Part shown: positions 41,376-55,496 of the stretch, one piece after another | Layout: every line of letters starts with the position of its first letter | Numbering within the stretch: position 1 is the first letter of the stretch | Source of the DNA: Epiperipatus broadwayi | Taxonomy: Eukaryota; Animalia; Onychophora | Assembly: GCA_028023455.1 (NCBI GenBank) | Contig: JAQFVV010000003.1 | Span: forward strand, 13,330,001 to 13,394,000 | Length of the DNA: 64,000 bases | Direction: 5' to 3' | Notes under the pieces: model-generated | The model's input: the letters and a program-made list of their open reading frames with translations, nothing else | Told to the model about the DNA's origin: nothing | Database searches by the model: none | Made by a program: the position numbers and the translations under genes

Positions 41376-42629
41376 GTAAGATTTTAATATTGTTTAAAAC
41401 AATACTCTAAATAAATCTATTCCCTGAGTCTAATGTCAATGAATGATAAAATATGTTTCATAATAATCTGTTCATTTTCTATGGTCATATTACAGTAATA
41501 TTTCTCTTTACAGTCAATTAATCAAACACTTATTTATATAATTATTGTCTATGTCTTTCTTTATTTGTACATATATAAAAAATAGGTGTTCTTTAATTAT
41601 TAATTATAAACAGCTAGCTTGATGTATGTATGCATATACAATATCTATTTGAAGATACTTTTTAAAGATTTAAATATATATTGTGTGTAGAGACATAAAT
41701 CTGTGGTTATTACTACTACATATGCATGCACAACCAAATAATCACTTCAACCCACACTATATTGAGAACAAATCTTGTTAGTAGTTTATATATATATATA
41801 TAAAATCCTCTAGATAATATATAATTGTAATTTAATTATTAAAGGACAAGAAATAAATGCAGCAAAAGCTTATAAAATATTCAATGAGTTATTCTAAAAA
41901 TAAACTGGTAAATAATTCCCTCTTCGGAATATTCTAAAATAAATCTGAAAAATGAATAAAATTTGAGATCTCATTAATAATAAAAATATTAATTAACAAT
42001 CCCTGACTTGAATAATTTAAAATCTCAGTTACAAGTTAATATTCAATTACAATGTTCCTATCCAAAGGTGAGTAGATTAACTAAGCATTTAATACTAATG
42101 ATACCATATCATTATGATAGATTGTAATGTCTTGTTTCATTCTTTTCAATTATTTTTTTTAACTGCATATAATATGTGCCACATAGTATTCAACTTAATG
42201 TAAACTTGTGATGTCTAAATCTAAAAAAAATTCCTTCAATATGTTCAAATAAATAATGAGAACTTTCTTTTTTTATATTATCATTATACACTATTTGTCA
42301 TTGAACTATTAATACTGAAGCTCTGTATGGTTTGGTACCATGGTGGAGTAACAGTCTGAGATTTAAGATCACATATTATGCCCAGTTTTGTCACCTCTAG
42401 CACTTGAGCTTCTTATGAACTCCCAAACAATAAATCTGTTTATTTATTTATCTTATTAATACTATTATATAATGTGTTGCACTCAACACAGTTGTTGAAA
42501 TGAAACTAAAAAATTATGATATACCTATGTTTCATTTAAACTTTTCAATGAATAATTAGAAAAGAAAGCTTTCTGAGAAAAAATTGTATATAATCAACCT
42601 TTAGACAGAGAAGATTTTTCTTTTAAGTT

Positions 42630-42815
42630 CAGTCCCATAAGCTGCCTGAAAATTTCAGATGTTCTGCTTAATAGTTAACTATTAGATAAATGCTGGTCTT
42701 GAGCTGCTATTTTTAGATATAATGTCTAAATATCCTAGCACCTCACTGACAACAGCCAACATCTAGAATCTAATCTGGGGATAAGAATATTCGGAAAAGC
42801 TTGTTAAGAGCTATT
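42630..42815 (+). mobile_element. Highly degraded family B fragment
   Basis: ttagataaatgct...cctagcacctcactgacaac...tctgggga...aagcttgttaagagctat aligns by eye to the 412-nt unit. Confidence 0.65.
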
Positions 42816-43011
42816 CATATTCATTATCTAACCTTGATGTTAGATTTTATACTGCTGAAATTGTTATATAAATTAGTCTGTTTGATTATTATATTTTTAT
42901 TTGCTCTGAGTTTACATTGATTTAAGATAGATTGCCTTTAATATTTAAATAATTTATATCACTATAAAAAGACTATATAGATTTTATGATAATAAGACTA
43001 AATTTTAAATA

Positions 43012-44371
43012 CACCTGGGTCTCATTTTATGCGATAGATAGGTTCCTCAGAAAACATGTGCAAAAGAAATCGCACAAAAATAGATGTAACTTACCTTGAA
43101 AAAGGGGGGATACAGATTGTGATTTTTCAAAAATCGCATAAAAGCAAAGCACCAATGTAAAATTACTTTAAAATTTGCACACACAAAAAAATAAGGAAAT
43201 AAAATATGACTAATAAAAAATTTCAAATTTGAAAAAAATTGATACAAGACAAACTTTTTTTAACTATAATATTTAATTTTATTCAAAACAATATATTTTT
43301 ATGCATAATTTACAGTACCGTAATTTACATTTTTTTATACACATTTTAATTATTATCGCTATTTGCCGATAAACAGGTTCGTTTGCAAACTGGTAAAAAA
43401 TCAGATTCTTCACAAGAGGAAATACAACTAGCGCCAACTTCACTCTCATGTTGTGTTAATGTTTTTCTGGTGACAACATAATTAGTAATTAATCTTTGAG
43501 ATGATGATTTTATTAATTGTTTATGAAGCTCGTGATATCCAGACATACAACCATTTAGCTCTTGTTGGAATTTAAGAGCATGTTCGTGATTAGTGTCATT
43601 AATAAGAAAATAATTTGCCAACTGATTAGAAAGTTGAAGATCTTCTCGAATCATTTTTGCAGTGAAAGGAACAGGTTCCACTTCTATTTCATTATCTTTT
43701 TCTACACTGCTGGGAAAAATTTAATTAAAACTAACAACTAAAAATTAAATTCTTATGTTTGTCTTTAATTTTTTAATTTTCAAATCCATTTAAAAATCAA
43801 ATTTCATTTCACATCATATTAATTTCAGGTCACCTTAAGTAATTTTTAAATTGTTAATTGCAATTAAAAATCAGATTTTGTCAAATTTAATTGTGCCCAC
43901 TGCTATTACTCACCTTTTAAAAATAAACTTGCGGACACTAAATGAATCATAATTGATTATGTTCTTTTTTAAAAAGCAAAAACAGAATGTGATTTAAAAT
44001 GCAAAACTAACACGCACAATGTTTGAACAAAGTTACATTATAATCTTGTAAAATTTAATGTGTGTACATAAAATGTAAAAATCATGATTTTAATTTCATT
44101 ATTGCATAAAATCTTACTATTATAAAGCACTGAAAATATTGAAATTACTAAGATGAAAGTCGAATTCCAATAATGTGCTATTACTTTCAATATAGCGTAA
44201 GTGCGCAAAATTTATTATTTAAAGTAATAGCGCATTATCGGAATTCGACTTCCGATCTAATACAGTGTTAACACATAAAAGAAAAATGCATAAAAAAATA
44301 TTAAGAAGAAACATGAATCGCATAACTTCAAAATTGCGTTAAATAAATCCGCGTAAAACAAGACCCAGGTG
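43012..44371 (-). mobile_element. pogo/Tigger-like DNA transposon deletion derivative
   Basis: TIRs CACCTGGGTCTCATTTTATGCG / CGCGTAAAACAAGACCCAGGTG, TA TSD; ORF 43346-43681 (IREDLQLSNQL...D.NHEHALKFQQEL...YHELHKQL...QRLITNYV) resembles a Tigger transposase C-terminus. Confidence 0.85.
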
Positions 44372-45539
44372 TATATGACTTTAAAAATGATATATTTTCA
44401 AATGAAGATTTTCGCTCCCAAATTTATTATGTTTGGAGTCATGTCTATTATTTTTGTTCTGAATTCATTTGTTGCCTTTGTTATTAAGCTTAAAATTATT
44501 TTGAATGATATTTTCTTGACTGAAAAATAAAAACCATAAATAAAATGCTAACTTGACAATAATAATAACAAAATGGCTTTGTTGCTTGGGAATTCATATG
44601 AAGTTTGAACACCAGAAGTTTGTCATGTTCAGTGGGTTCACAACTCCAGAATATGTCAGTCTACTCCTGCACTAACTACAGATGACTTAATCTTAACATA
44701 ATCATTATATAAAACACTCTTGTAAAAGTATATGGAAATAGACTTAGCTTATTATTTATTAAAGTCATATAAAATAAATTAACAAAAATGTAAATTCTTC
44801 TCCCCTAAAAAAAATTGTAGTTTATTTTCTAATATTTATGTCATCTATACCTCTATGGTATTTCAAATTTGCATGACTTTAACCAAAAAGATGATGAAAT
44901 GATTAATATTTAAAGTTAAGATGTTCATTATTATAAAGGTGTAAATATTGGAAATATCACATAGAACAGGATTCATTACAAATAAAATATAAAAATTGTG
45001 GAAGATAACAATTTATTAGACTAGCTAAGATTAATTATTCAATGTAAAGGAGACTTCACTGAATTTTCATTCTCATACATAAGTGATGATTTTTATTGTA
45101 GATGTATAGAATGTTTTTAAAGACTAAATATTTTATAATTGTCAGAAAATATTTTACTAGCTCCAGTTAAGTTTTGAAGTGAATATAACAGGATATGAAA
45201 ATGAGAGTGAATATGTATGTATAGCAGTGTAATAAGAGCCACACATAATAGTTTTCATACGTTTTTCAATGTCAAAAAGCCACAGGCTATCAATTGTCAA
45301 AACATTTTTTATGAATCAAATACTATAATAAAATCCATAAAATTCACATTAACAAGCATTTGGACTAGTTATAATTTAAAGCTAAAAATTTAAAGTTTGT
45401 TTTTTATTTAACTTTAAAGCATTTATAAAATAAGATATTTTAATATTAGTTAATTAGATAATAATAGCAATATTGATTATGGCTAGATAGATATTAATGT
45501 AAATACATAAAAGCAGTCAGCATGTAAATAATATCAATC

Positions 45540-45585
45540 TCAATAACAATCAACAATCTCCATTGAGATTGTTGATTGTTATTGA
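45540..45585. repeat. Perfect 21-bp hairpin with CATT loop
   Basis: TCAATAACAATCAACAATCTC-CATT-GAGATTGTTGATTGTTATTGA. Confidence 0.95.
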
Positions 45586-48500
45586 TATTGTTATTAAGTA
45601 TTAACAGCTTTCACATATCTAATATTGATATGTATTATATTAATATATTATTAATATAAAAGTCTTAAAAAAAATAACAGTGAAAACCAATATTGTTTTG
45701 GGAGTTGCACAGAGTAGCTAGCTTTGGAAGCCACATGCAGCTTATGAACAGCAGTTTGCCCACTGCTTTTATATTCAAAAAAGAAGTTTACAAGGAAGCA
45801 TCCAAAATAAAAGCAATTAAATATTTGATTATATTAAGACTGTAATATACTTAGAAGGTCCAACACATGGAATAATCATGAATTAACAAGATATAAAATA
45901 CATGTAGATGCTAAGCAAGAGATAAAAGTTGTTAGTGAAAATGACAACATCTGCAAAAATATCAATCAATTTAAGCCATAAATTACATATTTTAAATTAT
46001 TAAAAGATTGTAAATATGATTCATTCAACTTGAACTAAATCAATAACAGGATAAAAATGTTATCTAGACTGAGACAAAATAAGGTAGGCAACAAAAAAGG
46101 AATTATAAAAATTACTTAAAGTGAACACCTAAAAAAAAAATCAATATATTTCCGTTAAACAATTAAAAAAAAAAAAAAAATTCTTTAATACACTTTTTTT
46201 TTTTTTTCAAATATTGATTTGAATAGAAAGTATTAGGAATCTGATGTAATTATAGAAGTGTAATTATAATAAGTAAAGGGTATTTTATATAAAAATGTAA
46301 ATTAAAGAAAAAAATTAAAATGAAAAAAGATGTAAACACATAAGAAAGAAAGCAAGAAGTAGATTAAATAAAAAAATAAAATAAATTGATAATTTGTCAT
46401 AAAATTTTTTTTATTATGTTGTGTTTGGAAAATCTTTGTAAACATATATATTATTAGAATAATCAATCCTTAACAATGATCATATAATATGACCGAAACG
46501 TTGAAGGAAAACTGAAATAAAAAATGGTTCATAAAATTAAAAAAAAAAATTTGAAGAGAAACAGTGTGTTAAAGAAATTGTTGTTATTTTTAATTGTTAA
46601 ATATATTAATAACCCATATTTGTTGAGAACATAGTGAAATACTAATTATTAATTATATTTTTGTTCATAAGAAATGCAAATTTTATATTATTATAGTACT
46701 TTTTCTATCAAATTATAGTTTTTTTAATAGCAATGTTAATAAATGCCATAACTGTTGCTGACAGAATTATATATAAATTATCAATGAAGCATAATGTTTG
46801 TTTTTCTAACACTAATATATATATATATGAGTATATATCGAGTAGTTTTCGGTTTCCTAAATACGTAACGTAAACATTTTAAGTGACACTTCTTTTTGAA
46901 GTTAATTAAAGATTTTTTTGTTTTAAATTAAAAACATCCTGAAACATAAAAGAGTGAAGATAATAAAAAACGGAAGCAAAAAGTGTGTGCCAAAATATGA
47001 TTGAATGTATTCTATAGGGCTTACACATTTAAAGATTACTTAACTAACAAAAAAAAAAAAAAATACTAAAAAACCAAAATGCACAAAGTTTTTTTTTTTT
47101 TAAATACAAGTACTTAAATAAAAACTTATACTAAATATGACAAGTTGCATATAAATAATTATCTAACTACCAATGTACAGATATGGTAATATACTGTTTT
47201 GTTTGTATTTAATAAAATAAACGAGTGACTGGCATGATTCTGATTTCCACTAAAATAACTGAAATCAAACTTGGGTAGATGGTGAGTTCTTTGGAATGTC
47301 TTTTAAATATCTTTATGTTGTTTGCGAAAAACAAATAGAGAAATTGGATAATAGAATGATATGACCAAGCAATAGCATTTGGTCATCTTCGTTATTAGTT
47401 TGCCTTTGATAGTGAAACTTTTAATAACATTTGTCCAAAGCTCATTATTAAACTTTAATGGCCTCATTAATTGTTATTAATATGTATATATAAAATGGGT
47501 TGAATAAAACAAAATAATTTTATTAACGACCATTTAATAGATAATATCACTTTTCATTCCATTCGGGCTATAAATGCACATTCTTTCACACATCAATCAT
47601 GGCTAGTATGATTTAGCATAGTCGTAGAATGGTCGCTCAAAAGTTAAAAGTTCCTCAAATGGGTTCTTAATCGAAAAATTATATTAAAAAAACTTAGTTT
47701 AAAAAATATGCTGCTTGAAGGATGCATGATTTGTGCAATTGATTATTTGCACAATTCATAACATCCAGATTTTCTTGAAAAAAACCAGCTACTCTTTTTT
47801 CACCCAGATCCATTTCTCTTTATATTTAATTAAATAAAAATACTTTATTTCAAATAAATATTTCATAACCATTAAATATTGTTTTGAAGAACTGCATATA
47901 TTTTTGTGCCTTTTAAAATTTAATTGAAAATCATTTTTAGACGTTATCAAGTCAACATAGACTCCTGGCTGTCATATAAATAGCACATCCTTAGAAAGAC
48001 ATATCAACTATTTGATTTCCTAAGGCCCTCAATATAGATTCATAGTGTCAGATAGAATTAATATGTACTACTGTTAGCTATTGCATTCTCGACTTACCCA
48101 AGTATTACTTTTTAATTGATATAAGTTATCTATTAAAAATAAAAATAAAGGAATTTGATTTCAGTCTGACCATTTGTACTTTAAGTAAAAATTCAGATTT
48201 AATCTGATCGAATAACCACTGTAACAATACTTTTATTATTATTTTTCAATGTCCAACTTTTACAACCATAGAGAATCATAAGAAAATCATAGTTTTTATG
48301 ATTTTATTTGTTTTAAAAATAAGCATTATTTAAATATATCACAAGAAATAACATAGCTTTTTTACATTTACCAAACTTTATTTTAAAAAATATATTTTTT
48401 TTAATGCTTATCTCAGTTTTATATACAAATTTTCATAATGATAATTAATCTGATATTAATTGTTATTGTTATTTGGGGCATCATAATCTTTGGCTTGCCA

Positions 48501-48734
48501 TACATTTATTTTCAAAATATTGTATCATCCTTTAACCTGATTAATTTAACTGAGAGATGAGAGTTGAGACTTTTAAGATCTAAAGATTTCTGGATTGGTT
48601 TTTTTTTTTTTTTAATCTCAGTTTGGTTAATTGAAGCTCAGGTTACCCCTTACGTACTTGAACATTGTTTTGATTTCTTGAGCATTGGATTATATGATTT
48701 TAACATATAAATTGGTTTAAAAAGAAAAAGAAGA

Positions 48735-48846
48735 ATCAAGCATTGTTAGCCAAGAGGGCACCACAGCCGCCTTGCAAGCAGTTGGTTGCAGACAGTTGTT
48801 GCAGGTTCACCTCTTGGTGATGCTATGACATATGGAAAAAAAAAAG
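48735..48846 (+). mobile_element. tRNA-derived SINE, copy 3 (older)
   Basis: TCAAGCATTG...GCCTTGCAAGCAGTTG...GATGCTATGACATATG + A-tail; internal duplication and CpG decay. Confidence 0.75.
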
Positions 48847-49899
48847 AAAGACAATGTATATGCATTTGAAATTGTATACATTTCTATCTCCAGTTAAGAA
48901 GAGACACATAATCATTAATAATACATTTAGAGATAAGAGAAATTGTTAACACTTTTTGTGACCAAGTGTTTCATACTTATTTTGATGTCCTGGATACTCT
49001 CAAATAATTAATTATCATTATCAATAGTTGCATTAGAGCAGTAATTCACTTTATTTTAAAATTATCTGTTGCAAGTTTGAGTAATTATTAAACACTACAT
49101 AGTAACAATATATCCAAATTTTTAATCTTGTTTTTCTTATGAGCCTTCTATTTGCATCCATACACCAAGTAATTAATGAATAGTAGAAGGTAGTGGTTCA
49201 TTCAAATCTTCAAAATATTAATCCAAAAAGTCTGAAAGAAAAAGAGTGTCAAATTAATAGTATGCACCTTTGGATAATTTATTAAGTGATATATATATAT
49301 ATCCAAGTACAAATGTGCTATAAATACAAAAAAGCTAGTAACTCTCTATCAAAAAAGTGGCTCTCCCTGAAATCATTTACATAAATTGTATAACAAATGA
49401 GAAATCTAACTTTATGTAAATTTTACAAATATAATAATAACAAAATGTCAAACAAGATTGAAAACAAAAAACTATGACATATTGAAAACATGCTCAGCAT
49501 GAATAAAAGTTGTTTTTAAAGTAATGTATGCCTTTTTTGATTTAAATGTTTTAACATTTATTTAAAATTAAATAGATAAATGGTAAAACAACATTAAATA
49601 ACATAATGTAGGATAAAGACTTTATCAGTGAGAAACTGTTAAAAATAAAATGGGTTATTCACCATGTTATTTAACTGCCAATTTATTGACCAATATTGAA
49701 TATTGCATATTATGATATACTTTTTATATGTCTTTGATCATATGTTTATGATTACATCTCTTTACAAGGTGTTAAAAGTGCACAGAAATCAGTCCCACCT
49801 TGCATGAGAATGGTATAGTGAAAAATGCACCACAGAATATTATTCATTATAGGATAATCTTTAATGTAATAAATGACTAATAAAAATTATTAATATCAT

Positions 49900-50187
49900 A
49901 TAATACTAAATCAACCATGCACATTACTACTGTTACATAATACTTTATTTACCACCCTCTTTTACAGTTTGCAGTTTTGATTGTCACAGCAATCTTCTTC
50001 AGAACTTTTATATCTCCTAACTTCGTTGAAGTTAGGAGATATAAAAGTCAAATTTAGCGATTAAAGTTAGGAGATATAAAAATTCTGAAAAAGATTGCTG
50101 GGGCAATCAAAACTGTAAACTATAAAAGAGGGTAGTAAATAAAGCATTGTGTAACAGTAGTAAAGTGCATGGGTCATTTAGTATTAT
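49900..50187. mobile_element. Family D fold-back element with HHR remnants
   Basis: Arms 49900-50023 / 50064-50187; motifs CUGAA(G/A)A A GAUUG...CAAUC AAAAC at 49996-50002 (minus) and 50085-50121 (plus). Confidence 0.75.
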
Positions 50188-50899
50188 ATAACAGACATTT
50201 GGCAATGCAATAAGAAAGATTAGTTAAAAATTATTAATTTTGGTAAAATAGTTTTTAAAAAAATTCTAAGTTTGCTAAAAACATTTCTAAGTTCTATTTA
50301 TATTTGAATCCTAATTCATGGAAATGGCATGCAATTGTGCTAATCACTATACTACAATGATTTTATTCACAAGTGTGAGCCCACATGTAAAATACTTTAC
50401 CAAAAATGAAATCCAATAGTTTATCTTCATTATTTTGTTGACATATTTTAAAATATTGATTATTATTGTTCTGTAGAAACAAATATGTACTTATAACATG
50501 ATTTCTGTCTGAATCCGTATTATAAACATTAATGAACCTTTTAATATATCAATAAAAAATATATAAAAATGCTTATTGTTTATATAATTTATTTGCCTTT
50601 TTTATAAAAATCAAACTATTATTTTTATTATAATTGCTATGAAGTGAATTCTGACGATCATATAAATAACATTCTCCAGAATAACCTATTATTTATTTGG
50701 TTTTTCAGTTAGATAAAGAAAAGTAATTATTATAATAATAAAATCACTTTACCTCAGTTCTGGTCATCTTCTTCACTTTTTTCTATCTAATGGATTATAT
50801 TTTCTATGATATGACATAATCTTGTATTTCAAGTAAAATCAAGAATTCCTTTATTCATTTTTCTTATTGTCCTAGAATTCTTAGTAATCTTTGAAAGCA

Positions 50900-52850
50900 T
50901 CAAGATTTTTCTTAGCCTTTTTTTTTCAGTGTTCAACTTTCATGTTCAAAGAATGTGACATAAAACATTACACTTTAACCAATTCTGATTTCATTTTTAA
51001 AGTTATGCTCTTACATCTAATAATCTTTTACATATTTTTTTATTGAAATTCTTCTTGCTATTAATGTGTGATGAATCTTTTGACTATAAGATCTTCCAAT
51101 GTCAAATGATCTAAGTCTTAATTATTAATTTTGATGTCAGTTAATTACTTTGTTGTCACATATTTTTTATGAGTCATCAATATAATTTAAGCTCTGCCCC
51201 TGTTTCTTTCACCAATTCTGAATTCATATTTATTTTGTCAAATTCTCTTTTCTCATTACATATTTAAACAGGTATAGAGTAACAATATGAAATTCTCTTA
51301 AATTTTTTTTTGCTAACAAAATAATTTTTATTATAACTCTATTTATTTATGACTTTTGTCTTATAAAGAGATTTCTCATAAGAATAATACCATATTTTGG
51401 CATTTGGTAATCTAACTGTAGACCTTGTTATAATCAATAAAGCTCATGAAACACTTTTTCATAATATCTGGCATTTATTATTCATAATAATAATATTAAT
51501 AATCATCATACATCAGCAATATCTTCAATTCCTCAGCCTTGTACATCTAATAGTTACCTTTCAAAGTAAGACCTTAATCTGGGCTATGTAATAATCTCAA
51601 CTGTAAGTGATAGTGCACTGTTTCTTTTAAATAAAAATAAAGATGGATTTCTTCCAATCTGTAGGTCATTAAATAGTTTTTAGCTTAAATGACATTATTT
51701 GATCAATAATTTCATGATTGTTTTTTTATTTTTCTGCAACAATGTCATCAATATTACATTTTGATCTCAAGATTAATCTAATACTATCTTTCATTATCAA
51801 AGGTTCTTTAATGTAAAATATCTCATAAAAAAGGGTCTAGATTATGTTTCCGTTTTGTTCTATATTTATTCCATATTTGCTTGTTAATTTTGATTCTAAT
51901 CCATTGATTGACATTTTCAAAAAATCTACATGACTAAAATTTTTATTTGATTTCATTATTTCTCTAAAGATAGTTCTTTTCTAAGCTTGTTTTCATTTTC
52001 AAATATCTTTTCCAGTAGTACTGTATTATTCTTTGTCTTTTTTTAGATGTTCTTTTGAATTTTTCTATTTAAATCCTTAAAATATCTTTATCTTTTGAAG
52101 TTCTTTTCTGTGCAATATTCTATAATAATTTTGATATAATCCTTTTTAAACATTTTTTCACTTCTATATCTTACCATATTTATATCCAAGAAGTGTAACA
52201 GATTTTTCATATTATTATTAAAAGCAATAAGAATATCTTCTAAGTTATGTCTTAGGTATTGGATAACTTGTAGTTCTTTTTCAGCTTCATTTGGAATTTA
52301 CTCACAAATAATTTATGATCTTTATCCATTATATTTTCTTAACTTAGATTCCGCTATTAAAACTAAATCTTCCATTAGTGGGTTCTAAGAATGTAATCAA
52401 TTTAATTCCTATGAATTTCATCCATTATTGTCTGTGTGTACAATCAGTATTTTGGTTGCTTAAAAAAATGCATCGGCAATACATTTTTGAATACACAAAA
52501 GTTTGTTAATCTTTTTCTTACTTAATTTTTGTTTATCTGCATATACTGACAAACATAATATTTTTTCTTTTCATTTACAACTTTGACGTTTTAGTGCCTG
52601 ATTAGTAAAATATATATTTTATCAGATAAGCTTTAATAAATTTTGTCTATATCTGATAGTAAAACTTTTCCGTTTTCATTTGCTTGAATTGTTGGAGTAT
52701 TAACTATTATTATAAAAATGTTGAATGGCTGCTTCTTGACAATAAACCCTGCATATTTTTTTTGTTGCTCTTAGCCTGAATAATATAAATATAATTCTCC
52801 TGATCTAAAATCTCTCAGACCATTAATATACTTTACTTCACTAACTCCTT
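50900..52850 (-). pseudogene. Degraded LINE (APE endonuclease region, RTE-like)
   Basis: Minus-strand ELQVIQY and ILIAFNNNMK resemble APE motifs (VIQVYAPT, IxGDFNAK); T-rich plus strand; many stops. Confidence 0.45.
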
Positions 52851-52897
52851 AGATGTCAGAATGCCAGTGATTCATTTCCATTCTGCCATATCAAAAT

Positions 52898-53125
52898 TTA
52901 AAACAGGCAAAACTCTCCATACAGTAGCACCATTCAATGCAAGCCAGAATAATCAATGGATGCCAGAAGGCTTGTGAATAAAATCCCTATCTAATGCCTA
53001 CTTATCCAATATCCTCAGACTAGTTTCTAGCTTGTGGCCTTCATCAGTGAGGAGCCTTGGATCTGAGAGCCCTGCTCCTAAATCTTAGGATCTCTATGGT
53101 GATCATGTGATGTTCAGTGGTTTCA
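52898..53125 (-). mobile_element. Family A monomer copy
   Basis: Matches the left arm of 2351-2514 and continues beyond the fold-back point (gatctgagagccctgctcctaaatcttagg). Confidence 0.85.
53004..53062 (-). ncRNA. Type I hammerhead ribozyme motif, family A (best-paired copy)
   Basis: AUCCAA-GGC-UCCUCA CUGAUGA A GGC-CACAA-GCU A GAAAC-UA-GUC UGAGGA-UA-UUGGAU; both helix I segments are perfect. Confidence 0.8.
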
Positions 53126-55475
53126 TATCAAAATTTACTTGATTCATTGTTTAAACATTTTAAGTTCCAATAGTGGCTCTTTTCTTGAAGCTTCACACTT
53201 TTCCTTTCCTGCATGTAAATACTGGAAATCAGTTGTCTAAATAGGTTTAATCCATTGGGAAATATTCTTGGCCCTTCTATAATAAGTTGAAAGTCTTTAT
53301 GCATAAGGGAACCTGCACTATAATATTATTCTGTTTTGTTGTACTATTCATGATTTTCAATAGAATATGTAGGAATAGTTTGTGGTTGCAATACAAAAAC
53401 TTTTTAGTGATTGTTCAGAGAGGAATATTACATAAAAAGATATTGATTATTAGGCTAGAGAAATGATTGGTGGGGTTTTTTAATGCATTTCTTTCTTTAA
53501 TTTACTCAGTAACTAAGAATATTTAGATATGAACTTGGCAACAAATATCTGATTAGCTAACATTGTTGTCTATTGAATAGTTGTCTGAAAAAATAATTGC
53601 ATACAATTTATCAACAACAATTCTAATTATTTTTGAAAATCCTGATATTTAAAAGAAAAAAAGTGCTATAAGGTTAGAATCCCTGATTTAAGGCATAAGA
53701 GATGAATTTACTAACTACTACATTACTAAGTCTTTCACCATGAATGCATAATATACTTTAAATAAAAAATACTACAATAAAGATAAATCATGAATTCAGC
53801 ATTCTTAGTTGTATGATAACAGTCTCAATTATCTGACTAATGCACATTATTCTAAGATATTTACCTTTCAGCTAAGAAATGCTATATACCATTTTCAAAT
53901 CAATATTTGATTGATTTTGCTATAAATTAGATAACCAGAAAAATCCTGAATTTGTTTGAAAAATAGTAGAACTTGAGTTAGATTTGAACAACAGATTGTG
54001 GTTTATTAGATTTTTACATAAACCTTGATAATGTTATAAAAATATGAATAATGAAACTTAGACTCATTTTGCTTGTTTTAAACTGTTGTTACAATAGATA
54101 AATGCAATAAATATTGATTAACTGCAATAGTGGTGGGATATATGACAGAAACAAGGATGAGAGTGAACTGCAGATTGTATAGTTGAAATGTTTTGTTAAT
54201 CCCTCCCAACTAGAGTGATTCTTTAATGATGGTTAGAATGTTTTTACCCCTGACAATATAATATGTTCATTTGTGTAATAAATAAATAAATATCTACTCC
54301 AAAAGAGTATGACCATTCCAACTCCAAAAAAAAGAAAAAAGACAGGAGAGAGAGCTTTCAAAATCAAAATTTTTAAATTTATTTAAAATAAATTAACAAT
54401 TACAGTCTTCAATAAATCAATTTATGTATTTCTTATTGCTGGTTGATAACCAATATTAAAAAATCATTGGTTTTTTTTAAAATGAAAGATGTATGGTGAA
54501 TAATTCAAGGTAAGAATATATTCAATTAGTTTTCCATTTTCCAGATTGTATATATCATTTGTTTAAATGCTACTTACATACAAAAAAAATGTTTTTCATA
54601 GTTAATATCATAACTTTCTACAAAAAGCAGTACTGGTGCTGATATGATTGTCATTCTAGTTTGACTATGTGTAATGTTTACTACAGTGTAATTTAACATT
54701 CTTTTAGCCTGCCAATCATATTGTAAAATCCTTTCTTAAAATTATTTCTTTAAAATGATAATCAAACCATAGAAAGGTATGATTTTTTTTTACATGATGT
54801 TAGACAACAATTTTATTACTAATCATTGTGTTTCTATTCTTGGGTATTTCTGGATTTATGCATCCACAACATTTGCGGCAATTTTCCATATCAGATTGGG
54901 TTAGCTGTTATCTCCTAGTAGGTCTTTATAAAAAATTCATTTTTTTTAAATTTTTTTTTTGTTGGTAGGAGTAATCTGACATCTTCATGCTGCTATACTT
55001 CACTTTATATTTCAGCTGCAACTTAAGCTAACCAGTCCTTGACAAATAGTAAATGGTCAGCTAAGTTAACTATGAAGCAGTTACCTGAACTTGTGTAAAT
55101 ATTTCTTGGGAACGTAAAAGATTCCTGGATTCTACTTGAATTTTAAGTTAGATCAAATATGTAGCAGTTAATTTTCTACACATTTTGGTATAAGATTTAT
55201 ATTTAAAAATGTGGAATTTATTGTTCAATTAGATTTTATTTTAGGGTTGAGAAAAATAATCAATACTATCATTGTTAACTCACAAATGAATACACACATA
55301 TATATATACATACCACTTTTTATTGGAAAGAACATCATTTTTTAGTTTTCATTCAAAAAATTGCTTCCCAAAATAAGGCAATTTTCTCTCACCCAACATT
55401 TGACATTGTACAAAGCTAAAGTTGTATCTTCTATTGAATATTATTTTTATATTTGGAGTGAGGATCTTAATTCAC

Positions 55476-55496
55476 TTTTTCGCCATTAGACGCCAT
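55476..55496 (-). CDS. Candidate first coding exon (MASNGEK, phase 0)
   Basis: ATGGCG start in a CpG-retaining patch with AAA|GTGAAT donor; downstream exons not established. Confidence 0.25.
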
